64,000 nucleotides of DNA from Eledone cirrhosa (GCA_964016885.1 OZ024746.1:87792001-87856000); one strand, 5' to 3'. Numbered from the stretch's first letter, positions 11,331-29,035 are shown. Made by a program: numbers and translations. The notes: generated by a model not told the origin, from the letters alone.

Positions 11331-13554
11331 TATTTTATATGTTTGTATGTATGCTTTCTTTCGATTCTCACATATTTCAAGATGCGCATCTTTCTTACCT
11401 TTAATATGAGGTACTTAGAAGTCATGGTCAGCTCCAGGACGCGGCAAATATTTTTACATAATTATTTATTCATCGCAGAAATCTTTGAGTATATGACGTA
11501 TGTTTGTGTGTATTTTTTATTTGTTTATATGTATCTACACACGGAAGGAAGGTTGTGTGAGTTAGTGTGTGCAATCCTGTACGCACTGGCATGAGTTTCT
11601 GGGTCTACATGACATTTGCGATGTGATGCATGTTGGATGAATATTTAAAGTTAAGATTACTTTAGTTGAAGAATACATGATAACACAATTCTCTAAGTAG
11701 AGCGATGATTGCAATCATTATTGCGATCACAAATTCCACACAAAGAAATTATTATTATTGCAAATAAAAGATAATTAGTTCCAATATTTTCTATTCCAAA
11801 CATTAACTCCAAACACTATCATTATTATTTTATTAACGAGCCTCATTAACTGCTTTCGGTGATGCCACTCCAAATTCTGCTATAATGCAGATAATGATGG
11901 TGATGACAATGAAAATGATAACAATAGTAACAATGATATTATTATTATTATCATCATTCTCATCATCACCATCACTGCAATTATTCCATCACTTTCAACG
12001 TTTTACAAATTTTGTTCATGTACTGTCACCTATACTTTGCCTCTGTGTCAATAATAAACACTGCTGTCACTATTGCTCCTAAAATTACTACACATTTCAA
12101 CAACAGCAGCAATGGTGGTGGTGGTTGGTGTTTGGTAGTTTTGTTATTTTATTTTTTCATTTGAAACCAATTTAGAGGTGCGAAATGAAAGACGGTATTA
12201 ATATTACCTGATTGTATGAAATAACAAATAAAAGGCAAAAAATAAATACACATACTCACTTAATCAATGTTGAATTTGAAAAAACAAAAAGTTCGCACAA
12301 AATACACGAAATCATGTAGGAAGTTAAATTTATAAAGTGATTTAATTCAAATTTGGATGAACATCAAACATCATACAATTAACATATAAGGATTATTTTC
12401 GCATCTCACATTTTTATCATTGTTGTTATTTCCTCATTTTAGAGATACGAATATGAAGTTAATTGACCTAGACGCTTAAAAGCATTTTACTCATCGTTCT
12501 TTTTTTAATGTCATATTTTTTGTTGTTACGCTTTGTTCGGCAATTTTTGTTATCGTATTCTGGTGGATGTGATGGATCATCTGGATGTAACTTCAATGTA
12601 TACCTGTTTAGGAAGAGTGATAAATGTAAATAGAGAAATGATTGTTGGGTGGCACATGACATAATCTTCAACATCCCTATCGTCACCAGTTTGCGCCCGT
12701 TTTCCACAATAACATAAGACAGATAGGTCATCATCTTCCGTATCTCGACACGTCCAATGACCTTCACCTGCCTGCCCATAAGTTCCACTATAACATGGAT
12801 CCTATGTCTGGTTGCCGTTCGTAAGACCAACTATATCCCGGCCTGTATTGGCTGTAATTACTCCTGTCACAAGTATTAGAACTTTACAGAGTGAACTGAA
12901 TGTAGTTTCTTGTGCAACTAACACAACCATATAACATAATGTATTGAGTGTATTTTAACACGGTGTCACCGATCCGAATTTACAGTGTGTACAGTGTGTA
13001 CCCTGTATCGTGAAATCACCGATACATTTTTACAAGATGATTGGATGCATATTATTATGGCACTAGAATTACGACTTTACAAACATAAATATATACAAAC
13101 ACTCGTAACAAATAGGAACATATAGAAACATTTTTATGAATCTAAATATGTTGAGAAATTTACATATTTGAACGTACAATTGTTGGAGGCTGAAAAACCA
13201 ACAGAGCCGAGGCATTTATATGACATATTTTGTTCGATCTTTCAATGGCCAATACTTCACTCAAATAAACAATAGTTCCTTGCTTAGAGCACTTTGTCGG
13301 AATTCGTGGGTTCAATTCTTTATAGAGGTTGTTGGTCGAATATTCCCGCTCATAGGGTTAATTTGATATAGTTTATAGCAATCTAAGATTGATAGATGTA
13401 TTTTTTCTCAATTTGATATATCTACTTTTCCCGAAGAAGGATATATATGTAAAAGAAAATAGTAAATAATGATAATCTCACAATTGAAGAATACAAAACA
13501 GTGACAATTATATTAGTTCAGGGTTTGTTATTGTCGTAAACATGTCTTAGCTAT

Positions 13555-13626
<72 letters not shown>

Positions 13627-14149
13627 AATCATAATGGTTTCTAGTTGTTTATATGTCTCTGTCAATCAGCTACTTTATAACAATATTGTTTAGATGCATT
13701 CAATCGTTTTATCCGCGCTATTAACTTCATTGTTGTTTATTTTATATTTGGTCAAGTTTGCTTCACAATATGTGAAGGCGATTTAGATATAAATAGGTAT
13801 CATTACGAGAAGCAGAATGCTGATCTGAAAGAACCTCATGATAGATTGCACTAATATCGTGAAAGAGATGCTAGAATCTTACTTCAATTGAAATATTACC
13901 AATAATAAAGTCAGTAAATCTGATATAAATTGGACTAATATCACAGTGATATATGACTATAATAGCTAAATAAAAACAATGTCAGCAAAATATCGAACTA
14001 CACAAACACTATTAAGAATAAATTGCTCTATGCCTGAGCAAATATTATTGGATATTTCATTCAATGCATGTTTGATGCATTTAATTACACACATCTATGA
14101 AATAAGCGACCCACCACCACATGTATGTATCTATGTATATGTACATATA

Positions 14150-14198
<49 letters not shown>

Positions 14199-14276
14199 TT
14201 TTATTTGGTTTTAAATTATTTTTATTTTATTTATATATTTTTTCCTGCAATTGCCATACTCGATAATGATGGGGCA

Positions 14277-14331
<55 letters not shown>

Positions 14332-14451
14332 GATAAATCTACCAAGAGTTTACGGTAGTGTCCAATCCGTATGAAGAAACGATCGTTAAATAATGAACTT
14401 TTTTTGTTTAATATAAGGAACTGTTTCATTGTTTTATTCATTATTTGTTTA

Positions 14452-14491
<40 letters not shown>

Positions 14492-15017
14492 TATGTATAA
14501 TTATACTAAATAAGAAATTTTGCAATAGATTGATCATTGATTTCCTGTGCATTTTACCTACGGATAAGCTATATATATATATATATATATATGTATGTGG
14601 GTGTGAGTGTAGGTGTGTGTGTGTGTGTGTGTCTGTGTGTTATTGACGTTTCATTACTTTTCCTAACACGATAAATTTTTTAAATGTAAACTTGAATGTA
14701 AAAACAACAGAATATTTCCAGCATAATTATGTCACAAATTTTCTATACTGTTTAAATATGAAACATGTCTCCGGTATCGTAATAGCTAACTGTAAAGAGA
14801 AAAGCCATGACTTGAGGGCGGACCGGTCCATTTAAAGTGGAATCTGTTATGAGCCGAAACACCCTCTTAACCGGACTCTAATCCTAAGACATACTACTGT
14901 CCAGCTCTCCTGAAAAATCTTAACACACACACACTTTCTCTCTATCTCCCTCTTCGTCTCTCCCTCTCTCTCTCTTTCACACACATACATACACACACAC
15001 GCGCACGCACACACACG

Positions 15018-15059
<42 letters not shown>

Positions 15060-15163
15060 AATATATATATCTCTGGTTCATCTGAATCATTGAGCACTTG
15101 CCACACATCTCTGAGGTTGTTTTTCGGTATTTCGTGGGCCGAAATGCGATTCTCGATAATTTA

Positions 15164-15210
<47 letters not shown>

Positions 15211-15249
15211 CATTATCTCTAAGCACGAAGACCGCATATTTATGCACAA

Positions 15250-15418
15250 GAGCGTCGAATAACATGCTTTGCTGCATAGCGTTACATCCCTTTATGGTTT
15301 CAGTTCAAATCCCACCGAGGTTAACTTTGCCTTTCATCCTTACGGGGTCGATAAAATAAAGTACCAGTAATGCACAGGGATAATTGCTGGCCTTGTGCCC
15401 AAAGTAGAAACAATATTA
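15250..15418 (+). mobile_element. SINE family A
   Basis: B-box CAGTTCAAATCC plus the conserved body and tail. Confidence 0.88.
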
Positions 15419-17450
15419 TATTATGTTGAACCTTTCTAAATATGGGAATTCAAACTAATTCATTGACTAACTGAAACTGCATCTGTGGGTTGTTTGATAT
15501 GTTCTTACTCTATATGCCATTTTAACTGAATCACCAATAGATTTATCGATTTTTGACAGATGTTACCCATTAGATGTTTTTAATGTGTCATGATTACAGG
15601 CCTATAAATTTCACAATTAACGTAAAAAATATACGATAGTTATGAGGAATAAGATTATTTTCTTTGGCGCTACAGCGCCATGTATATAAAACTTCAATTA
15701 CCAGACTATTCATTCAATTATAACAAACAAAATACGATTCGGAATGGTTTGACATGTATATATGACAAGCAATCAAGGCAACGTGTAGAAGATGGAGTAT
15801 AATATACTCAGGGGATATAGAATATGTTTGAAACTGCTCCGCATTGAAGGCATCGATGACTTCTATCAACATTTTGATTACTTGAACTTATTGAAGCCAT
15901 CTCATTTACTTAATCTTGTTCATCAATACATTATGTTAAATATTTGAAAACTAACCCTATGGTTATTTTTGGCAGATCTCATGCTAAAATAAGTTTAGAC
16001 AACCATAGTGTTCAGATATTTTGTATTGTTTAATATCTCTCATTAGAAAATTAAGAAATTAATTACAAGTAGTTGCAAATATCGTGATGAAGCTCTAACG
16101 TTGCGATTTCAAAGAAGCGTTCTTATATGCAAATATTCCGCATAACAACTAAGTATTTAAACATGAACATGATGGACATGAATATTTAGTGGATATAATC
16201 CACCTTACCATATTGACAACACTCCCATGGCAAACATTTTCATTTTCTCAATCAGAAGAAAAAGCTACTCACCATAATATACACAAAACATATAATATGA
16301 GGGCATTAACATAATGTACTCTCTACTACTGCCAGTCTTGATGGATGTATCGCTTTGTAAGATTTTATAAAACAATTGTAATCCAGTACCTCTCTACCAA
16401 TCCAAAAATTGTTATTGTACTAACAAGGTTTATGCTGTTTAGATCCGAAATATCTGTCTATAGAGAAGACATCGCATAAGATAGATACTGTAAAATCTAC
16501 AAAAACAGTGATGTGCATCAGAGAAAGATATTTAAATATCAGTTTTAATCAGCACAGCTATATTTTCGGCTGAAACACCTGAAATAGAACTATCTCAATA
16601 ATGTTTAAAATTTGGGGATTCAAATAAATAAATAAATAGACATAAGTGATAGAGAAAGTTGCAAACCACCTGTATTATACTTTTAATATGACATCTTATT
16701 TTCCGTATTTATTGTAACCACACATATATGCGTACATACACAGGGGTCCCTATTTATCTCTCTCCCTGACGTTCGTATACACTGTTGCACACGTTATCTT
16801 ATGGCGTTCAATATTTCCTAACATTTCTGAATACATTTCTGAAAATCATTTTTCTCTATGTATGTTATCATTTTAATTGCATATACTACATTTATATTCT
16901 AAAATATATTAAACATTTTATTTAATATCTTGTATTTTGAATTGAATACATTTATGTTAATTATTCTTAATTAATAACTCCAAATTAATCTTTTAACTGA
17001 CATAGACTTCGTTTCGTCAACCTACACAGCTTGCCATTCTTCATTTTCCTTCTATTCCTCACTACACTTATTCTCAGCTATTTCATAATGTAGATTATAT
17101 CATCTAAATTAAATTGAATGAACATATTTTAATTATTCTAAATAATTCTAAATTAGTTTTAATACATTATTCATATAAAATGCTTTCAGTTATACATATT
17201 TCATCCAACGTCTTTAAAATATTCCTTAAAATATTTATATTTCTTGATCGTTATGGTGCTCCATCATTCCTAAACTTTTGATCTGTACCCCCTCGCGTGA
17301 CTTCCAGGTTATTTTACCTCAACTCCATTCGCTCTCGTCCCGATGTTTCTATCAGCATATCCATACATATTCTTTACAAAATTCATGATTTTTATCTTAA
17401 CTTCTCTTAATTTAATTGTTCTACAGTATACTAACTCACTGCTTTCTTAC

Positions 17451-17552
<102 letters not shown>

Positions 17553-17861
17553 ACACACAACCACCCTCATTACTTTACTGTCTGTGTTTCCTACTTGATA
17601 TTTTTGAATGTTATCTTCTATCGAATTCCGCAACGTAATTTTACATATTATAAATGAAAACATATTTAAATGGAATAGTACCACAAATTGTTTTATCACA
17701 CGCGACTGCAAAACACACTCATATGCATACGCACATATATATATCAAGTTTACCGTGTACCTCAGCCCGGACGTACCTGTGGGCAGAGATAAAGAATAAC
17801 AAATTAGAATATTTATGACTTCTGTCACACAAAACTAAATAGGTAATACAACGTACAGTCC

Positions 17862-18330
17862 TGTTGGAGAGCAACCGGTGCTTGGAGAATTTGGCCTGCT
17901 CAGGCAGACGTACAGCAGCATCTGGGTTAGTCGCAGACCGCACCAGGTTGCGGCTGGGCTGAGCTGGCCAGTCGCAGGTGTGAACCTCGCAAGTCGGAAC
18001 GGATCTTCCAGCGTATCACCCTTACGGTTCTCCCGGGAAACGTCTCTTCCATTCTGTCCGCCGTGGCTGTGGGAAGGCTAGCACATGTGTCCCCATTTGC
18101 ACACCATAAGGTGAGAGAGGTGGAGGCGATGGCAGTGGGAGTTTGGCTCTTCCACGTTCGGACCATACCTTTGTGGTCGTGATCATCAAGCCCTAGTGCA
18201 GTTGTGAAAGAAAGAAGTTGACAGTCAGAGTAAAAGAGAGAGTGCCATTGTTGTGACGAGGTTATTGTTGTAGTGATGTTAATATTCCCATATTAAAGTT
18301 AAGGCGACGCAATGTCCTAAATAAACAACA
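17862..18330 (+). mobile_element. Candidate solo LTR (~470 bp)
   Basis: GC-rich block bounded by TGTTG...CAACA, with ATTAAA/AATAAA near the 3' end. No clear TSD. Confidence 0.5.
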
Positions 18331-18379
18331 CACGGATACACATATATGGCTATATACATATATATATGCACCCATACAG

Positions 18380-18471
<92 letters not shown>

Positions 18472-18485
18472 ATTTACATATGTAA

Positions 18486-18518
<33 letters not shown>

Positions 18519-18562
18519 TACATATACATATATATATATAATAAAAAAAACAACAATTTTCG

Positions 18563-18641
18563 CCAGTCTGAAGAACAGATCGATGGCGGAGTCGGGTCCA
18601 TAACTCCTATGGGTGATCCTTTGCGAAACACGCGTGACAGG
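18563..18641 (+). ncRNA. Decayed hammerhead motif
   Basis: CCAGT-CTGAAGA-(long stem II with GATC/GATC and GGAGT/ACTCC)-GAAA-CACGCG-TG-ACAGG; the GUG triplet would be inactive. Confidence 0.5.
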
Positions 18642-18755
18642 TTGATACACAAACAAATATATTTTACATGTAAACGAGACAACCTCGTTTTTTTCTGTAT
18701 TACATACACGCTACCTTTGTATAAAGTACTTACTTTGGTACCAAGACCAGTATTT

Positions 18756-18879
<124 letters not shown>

Positions 18880-18925
18880 ATACACGCGCACCCCCCACAC
18901 ACATATATAGATATATATATCTATA

Positions 18926-19183
18926 TATGTAACGTTGAAATAGATAGGAGGCTGAACAACGCAAAATGCACTGTATGATGGGGTAACAAAATGTAGAAGT
19001 TACCCGGTAATCTTTGGTTCGATTTGTCGTTGTTCTTCTTTTATCTGTCCAATGCTGGACTGATAAATGAACAACAAAAATAAAACCCCAAAAACAAAGA
19101 TTACCAGGTAACTTTTTCTTTTCGTTTCCTCATCTTACAGTCCATTTTGCATCGTCCAGGTTTCTATCTCTTTCAACATTATA
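18926..19183. repeat. Diverged fold-back element, ~90-bp inverted arms
   Basis: GTTGAAATAGATAG..GCAAAATGCACTGTATGATG..AGTTACCCGGTAATCTTTG versus CAAAGATTACCAGGTAACT..CATCTTACAGTCCATTTTGC..CTATCTCTTTCAAC. Confidence 0.75.
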
Positions 19184-19219
19184 TATGATACAAAATGCTT
19201 GGAGCAAACTATAACATGT

Positions 19220-19255
<36 letters not shown>

Positions 19256-20304
19256 GTGTGTATATATATATATATATATTTGTGTGTGTGTGTATATATA
19301 TATATATGTATGTATTTTTTTCCATCTCTCCTACCCTCATTTCTATGATTTTATTACACTTATTATTATGATTTTGTACTATGCCATATTTAACCGAAGC
19401 ATAGACATACTTTTCAATAAGCCCTGAGAACTCGAAGAAGATTGAATGTAATCTTAATTATACCTTCTAACGCTGGTTTAAAGAAGATATATGGTGAAAG
19501 TAAAACCATATATATGTGTCCCTAGCATCGCTCATTTGTTGATGAATGAATTTGAATATATTGAATATGACCAACTTCAGTTTACCCGGTCATTTTGCCA
19601 CCGTCACACTGACGGAATAGATTCAGTGTGTTAATCCTCTTTTTATATTATCTCTAAATATGTAACTGCCTTACAGATGCTGCGATGTCCTCCGGGAGAA
19701 AAGGTTGCATACACTATATGTGTAATTTCGAAAGATAAACATTTATTCCCTAGATCAGAGCCCCCTCTGTTGATGTGTAATAGTGGCAGGGAGGGCATGC
19801 GTTGCATGTTAATGTTGTAATTTGAATTCAGGCAATGGACTGCAGGTTAGTGAAATGAATGGATTCTATTTAGCAATAGAAAAAGCTAGAAACATTTCAA
19901 TGGAATTACTCCAAAAGACCTGAAAATTATATGTGATAAGAAAAAATAAATGATATCACGCAGCAGTACACTGAAACACTGAAACATATTTACAGGTGTA
20001 TAGATATAGACATCCGTAAATATGGTGAAACCACAATAGTACTTGATTATATGCTTTACATTCAGTCTCCTTCCATATACTATGAATTCCTCATCTTTGT
20101 TTTATCATATATATATATTTATATACATATATATATATTTGTTAGTTTCAGAAGATCCCGTTAAGTGTGAAAGCAGCGATTCTTTGCTTAAACTTTAATC
20201 TGTTATTTTAATAAATATTTGCTCTACGCTTCTTATATATTTGATACATATTTATCCTTATCGAGCCCTCTTTGGATTTTAGTCTTCAAATTTATTATTA
20301 TTAC

Positions 20305-20343
<39 letters not shown>

Positions 20344-20402
20344 AAAAGGTAAACAGAAATAAGGGATATATTAGTTTAACGCTTTATATAGCAGGAAGAC
20401 GG

Positions 20403-20437
20403 CCTTAACGTTTCGGATGCTAGTCTTTCGTCAGAAG
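20403..20437 (-). ncRNA. Minimal hammerhead motif at the end of a PLE-like fragment (~20343-20920)
   Basis: CTT-CTGACGA-A-AGACtagcATCC-GAAA-CG-TT-AAG; palindromic AACGTT; stem II weakened. Confidence 0.65.
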
Positions 20438-21419
20438 AAAAAATGAGAAATAAGATAGAATGAGCGGGCGGGAGGGTTAGAATTGGAAAAAATGTCTTTA
20501 GATAAAAATAACAGGTCCAGCCATGTTGACATCTCTTGCAAAACTGTTGGTTAGTGGCGTTTTGTGTTTGATTTATTTTTTAGAAATGTGGATGATGGAG
20601 CGCGTCTACCTGAAATGGAAAAATAAAAAAGCGTTTCATAAAAAGATTCCGTACGAAGCTAAGAAATAATGTATGTGTGTATATGTGAGTAAAGGAGTGT
20701 GTGTGCATGTATATATGAAGGTATCAGCAAAATATTTTAATATAAGGGTGTGTATGTGTGTATGCAGAGCAGTGAAGGGAAAAGTGGAGTGAGCTTATAT
20801 AGTCGGCCTGTATTAGTAGTAAGTGAAGATGTTAATGGTCAAGAGAAAGTGATAGGAATCTAGAGGTGTGATAATAGACGGTGTATTAGAGAATTTGGGT
20901 ACCGAAGGCGGTAAGTCAGACTTTTTTCAGTCCTTGTATACATTTACATTTACGTGATCCAATCTCTGATTTCTTCTTTACCACTACTGTGAACCGATTT
21001 CTGTAGAATATTAACGGCAATAAATTAACGTGTCTCTTTAAAAATCTAAAGCTTACAATTCACTCTATCAAGCTGTTATTTCTTCCTACAGACATACACC
21101 TACAAACTTCCGTCCACCACTTTCATATTAACATAGCTGTTTCGAATAGAAGTTTTGTGTGCGTGTGTGTGTGTGTCCATAGCAACGTGGTTTATCGTCT
21201 TGATAACATAAATTAAATTGCTTCCATTAATATAAATTGAGACGAGTGTTATGTGTGTGTGGGCATGGTTAGTATGTTAAGGTGTTAAGATATTGTTATA
21301 TAGGTGTAAGATATGTTAAAAAGTATTTAACTCTGGTCTTATATTTTCGAATATAGAGAATGGTGTGATGTGTGTGTGTGTGTGGAGGGGTATCATGTTA
21401 TGGTGTTAAGATATCAATA

Positions 21420-22088
21420 TACGAGGTGTGACAGAAAAGTTCCAGGACTGATGTCACAAAAGAGTTTTCTCCTTCAAAGTAATCCGCCTGGAGTATGTAA
21501 CTGTAATCTTAGCTCTCTGCTGCGATCAAACTTTTTTCTTCATAATTTTATATAAATGTCCTCTGTTTCAGGTTGTCAAGCAATGAGCACAGAGCAACGA
21601 ACAAACTTGAAGTTTCTGGTACGGTTGGGGAAAACTCCGTCGGAATCACTGGGATTGCTGCGGAAAGTGTATGGAGATGATACGATGTCACGTTCACGTG
21701 TTCTTGAGTGGTGCAAGAGGTTTAAAGAAAGGCGCGAGGACGTAGAAGATGACCCCTGGAGCGGAAGGCTCTCAACAACCAGGACTGAAGTCAACGTTGA
21801 GCGCGTCAGGTAGATGGTGCGTAGCGATCGTCGGCTGACTGTTCGACTGATGGAAAATGAGCTGGATATGAAGCGGGACGTCGCCTGGAAGATTCTGACT
21901 GAAGGTTTGGATATACGGAAAGTCTGCACAAGGATGGTGCCAAAACTACTGAACGATGACCAGAAGGGTCGACGCATGCAAGTGTGCCAGGACATCCTCG
22001 AGCGTCTTGAAACCGAACCAGACTTGCTAGGGACAGTCATCACCGGTGATGTGTCATGGATCTTCCAGTACGACCCGGAAACCAAACG
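21420..22088 (+). mobile_element. Mariner (Tc1/mariner) transposon, 3'-truncated
   Basis: TA-CGAGGTGTGACAGAAAAGTTCC TIR-like start followed by a transposase ORF; no right TIR seen. Confidence 0.9.
21583..22088 (+). pseudogene. Mariner transposase pseudogene (HTH + first catalytic Asp)
   Basis: EQRTNLKFLVRLGK..VYGDDTMSRSRVLEW..SGR; in-frame TAG at 21811-21813; MVPKLL (WVPxxL motif); VITGDVSWIFQYDPETKR. Confidence 0.92.
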
Positions 22089-23834
22089 TATATTAAACTA
22101 TATCTAATGCTGATCTATATTTTTGAATAAGCGAATGAACGCTTATCAATTTCAATGAAATATTTACAAAATTCTTATATGTTTGTATATATTTGCATTA
22201 GTATTTCCGTGTGCTATATATGACAACGTGTTGCCATCTATGCGACAGTGCTTGTTATTGCTCTTCTACGATATATATTTGTAAGTAAAATCCTGAATAT
22301 GTGTGTTTCCGCGTATACAATGCATATTTATCCTTTGATTTTTGACTACCATTTTTCTCATCTATAAATACGGATGTGGACATGTGTTGTATTCATACGC
22401 ACAATTTCTCAGCAATCTACTGAATCCGATTCTCATAATTATTGTAAGGAAATGGATGGATGTCTTCTGAATGTAACAAAAGCACAATAGTTCATTTCGG
22501 CAACTCTAACGGCTTCTAAAATGACGTCTATTTCAATTAGTCATGAAGAAATCAGTCAGGGCGATGTTCGATGTCAGTGGTTACATTACTTATGAGGTTA
22601 GGCTGCAGTATTATTGAAATAGAGAAAGATTTTGCCTTTTTTCCGCCCAGTAATTGCTAAAGAGTAATTGTAATGACATTTCCATTAAAAAGTGCTGTAA
22701 GAAGTTAACAATACATTCTCTGTAATAGAAACTAAAGGAATATTGAGATTGATCTGAAAAGAAAGTTGATAAATGGTGGGAGAATGAAAGCCAAATGTAG
22801 TCAGTTTGCGATAATAGAAATCTAGATTTAAGCATAATTCAATTCACACTGTTGCAATTACATGTTCAGAACAGAGGCACTAGACTTCTCGAAGTAATAT
22901 AATGATTCCATTAAGCCTTTCGATGTTTGTTTAGCTCGCCTTTTTTTCATCCGCTTCACCCTAACCCAACTTCTTACGAACACTATTTGGGAGAAATATG
23001 CTGAGCAAATCTAATGTCCGGTCAAAAGCATTTTACTTTGATTTTTGCTAACTGTTTTGATATTCCACTTGGATAAATCACGGTCAAATTATTGAAAACT
23101 AGGGCGAAACCTATTCATTGAAAATATTAATACTATATGTTGTAATAACTTGAACATATTTGATAAAATTATTCATATTCAACATCGTTGTAATCTTTCA
23201 CAAATGTTTTGGTTTCCTGGAATGAAAATTAAGTCATTACTGGGGCCTAACTCATTGTTTCCCTGATATAAAAATGAAACGAGAGTACCTGTGAAGAATT
23301 CCTTTACATTAATCACAATGATTACAATATGTCGATTATTACATTATTAAAACAAGATATAAAAAAAAAGTGTGTAAAATATTCATGGCATTATTTGGCA
23401 AACATTACTTATCCGGGAATTATGCAATTAGGGAGATGTTGTGGACAACTACATTTCTGTGCATAAGTAGCTTAATTTGCGGTCATCATATATGACATCA
23501 ATTCTGATGTAAAGTGCTTCGGAAAATATGAAAATCCCCACATCGTATATTCTGGATAATCGTGCCTTCTACAACATAAATGAATTTCAAAATGTTATCA
23601 ACCCAGCCTCACTTATAAATGAAAGGGCATATTTTTTTCTGAAATACGCCACTATGTCGTAAATAGCGAAAGACGCATTATGTAGCCACAAATAAACCCA
23701 AAAAAACTGACAGAATCAACTTAGAGTTAAGAACGAACACCAGCAACATAATACTGATATCAAGGATTGAAATAAAGAATTTCCACTTTGATTTTGATGA
23801 TTGTCTGAAATAATTTCGCAATTAGACGTATATA

Positions 23835-24010
23835 TATATATATAAAACAGAGAATATCTGTATGTCTGTCTGACCAATCACTAAAACTCGAGAACCATCC
23901 AACCGATTGTTTTCAAACTTTACACATGTAATAATTATGGTCCTTTGCGTGTTTTGAGTACAAAGAATTTCAAATGTTCAATGCCCTACGGACAGCATTA
24001 GGGGATTTAG
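23835..24010 (+). mobile_element. Helitron-type non-autonomous 5' segment
   Basis: TATATAAAACAGAGAATATCTGTATGTCTGTCTG..AAAACTCGAGAACC..CCGATTGTTTTCAAACTTTACACA resembles animal Helitron-N 5' ends (recalled, not searched). Confidence 0.5.
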
Positions 24011-24206
24011 CGATCTCTCTCTATAACTCTTAGTCTTTCTCTTTTTAGATAGATACATAGATATAAAATTGCGCCCTTATAATATATGTCTGTATGCCTG
24101 CCTGTCTGCATTACGACATTATGACGTAGCTGTGTGTGCGTGTGTATATATTCTGCGTAACTTTTTTCGAAATATTTAGTTCTGCGTTCACAGATTGATT
24201 TTGTTT

Positions 24207-24660
24207 AGATCCTGTTAAGGGTGAAAGCACCGATTCTTTGCTTAAACTTAAATGTGTTATTTTAATATATATATATATATATTGCATACACAATAACAAA
24301 ATATAAACAAACGTATTTATTTCACGATGCTCGATAAGGATAAATATATATCATTATTCATACACAATAACAAAATAATTTATTTCGCGATAAAGTATTG
24401 ATTTTCTTCGCACGGAAAAAAAGGAAAAAAAGCCTCGTAATCTACGACGAACTTTTATAAGTACAAAATGTAGACACCATCCCGATGCGTACACATCTGT
24501 ACTGTTATATATATATATATTCGTGTACAGATATTTTTTGCATACACAATAACAAAATATAAAAGAATGTATTTATTTCACGAGACTCGATCAGGATGAA
24601 TATATATCAAATATATAAGAACCCTAGAGCAAATCCCGAGCAACGCAGGGCCATTTTCTC
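24207..24660. repeat. Rearranged fragments of a dispersed repeat also at 20153-20266
   Basis: 24207-24267 matches 20153-20213 directly; ~24586-24634 is the reverse complement of ~20216-20266; CATACACAATAACAAAAT occurs three times. Confidence 0.75.
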
Positions 24661-24665
24661 TCTCG

Positions 24666-24760
<95 letters not shown>

Positions 24761-24906
24761 TGTGTGTGTGTGCATGTGTGTGTGCGCGTATGTGTACGAT
24801 GCAATCTGGTTCATTATTTAACTATCCAACCTTGAGATCAAGTTCCAGCGGCTTAAACATACCTTAGTTTAAGAACATATTTATTCGGTGGTGCTGTTTC
24901 TAAACA

Positions 24907-24942
<36 letters not shown>

Positions 24943-26190
24943 GAATGTGCATATGCCATCGTGATATTTCTGGAAACTATTCAACTGTGAATAATTACAG
25001 CCAACACTTTAACTTCGGGAAGTAAATCTCGATTTTTACAGATTAATTATACTCATTACATTAGCTCTTTCGAAATTATCCTCGCTTAATTCATATGGAT
25101 TAATTCATTTTCCAAAATAATGCATTCACGATTCTGAGCATAGTCGTTGTGCTTACTACTCACCATGCACTGGAGTTCAGTAGCATAAACACATCATATC
25201 TTTGCTACATACTCATGCAAATGAACATGCAACACATCATGTCACTGGTGTTTTTTATCAACACAGATTGAAGAAACTTGTCTTTCTAAACATCACGCAC
25301 GACACGTTATATGTAGTATATCTGATGTAATTAGATCGGAGACAATAGATAAATATTTCAATATCGAATTAACTAACTTATTTCTTCCGGTTTTAAATAA
25401 GTTTTGTATATAAAAAACCAATAAAATAACAAAATGTAATTGTTTTCATGTTTTTAATGAATTGGAATTCAATTTAAAACAATATTATTATCAAAGAAAG
25501 GAATCTTGCTCTCTAATTAAATCAGTTGGCAAAATCGATATCGTGAACAATTTAACGATTATTATGAATATACACAACGTAGAATATAACGAATTTGCTA
25601 TTACTTGTTTGTGGACAATAAAGTTGCACACAATAACATATTAGTTTTAAAACGGGCATCATTCGTACAAAGCATTAGTAAGACAGACAAAATTTTCTGA
25701 CACATACTAGTCTGTCCAATCCATGCCAGCAGGTTGAATGGACTTGAAATGATGAGAAATACGGCTAACGCTAATTTCCATATTATGTAAAAACCGATTA
25801 GTTTTTTTATAGAATATAATGAAGTATGAATTATTCAATAGCTGTGTGATGATCCTCTCAGACTTCCAGTGAGAAATGATCCAATTTCGGTACAGTATTG
25901 CGTGTTCATTTGATTAAGATCAATTTATTTTTAAACGCATTTATCTTTCGATATATTTGTGTCAATACCCAATAGGCAAAATGTATGTGTGTAATTACTT
26001 CATTATTTTTATTCACTAAGTATTGGCCATACTGTGGCATTGGCAATAAATATTGGACCATATAGATTCCAGTATTTATAGCATTGATCTCGATTCTGTT
26101 TACACGGGGACACACATATTTAAACTAATAAGGCACACACAATCACATACACAGAAAGACACACGCATACAGATATAAACACGCACACAC

Positions 26191-29035
<2,845 letters not shown>

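Noticed and set aside
15480-16600. Possible decayed Helitron Rep/helicase coding relic (LVHQYIM etc.)
   Set aside because: Motifs are too short and broken to support without a profile search.
16736-16760. TACACAGGGGTCCC Tc1-like TIR
   Set aside because: No partner TIR or transposase was found.
25690-25756. SINE/RTE-type tail (CCAATCCATGCCAGCA..AAATGATGA; similar reversed at ~8788-8825)
   Set aside because: Only short degenerate tails; boundaries cannot be defined.
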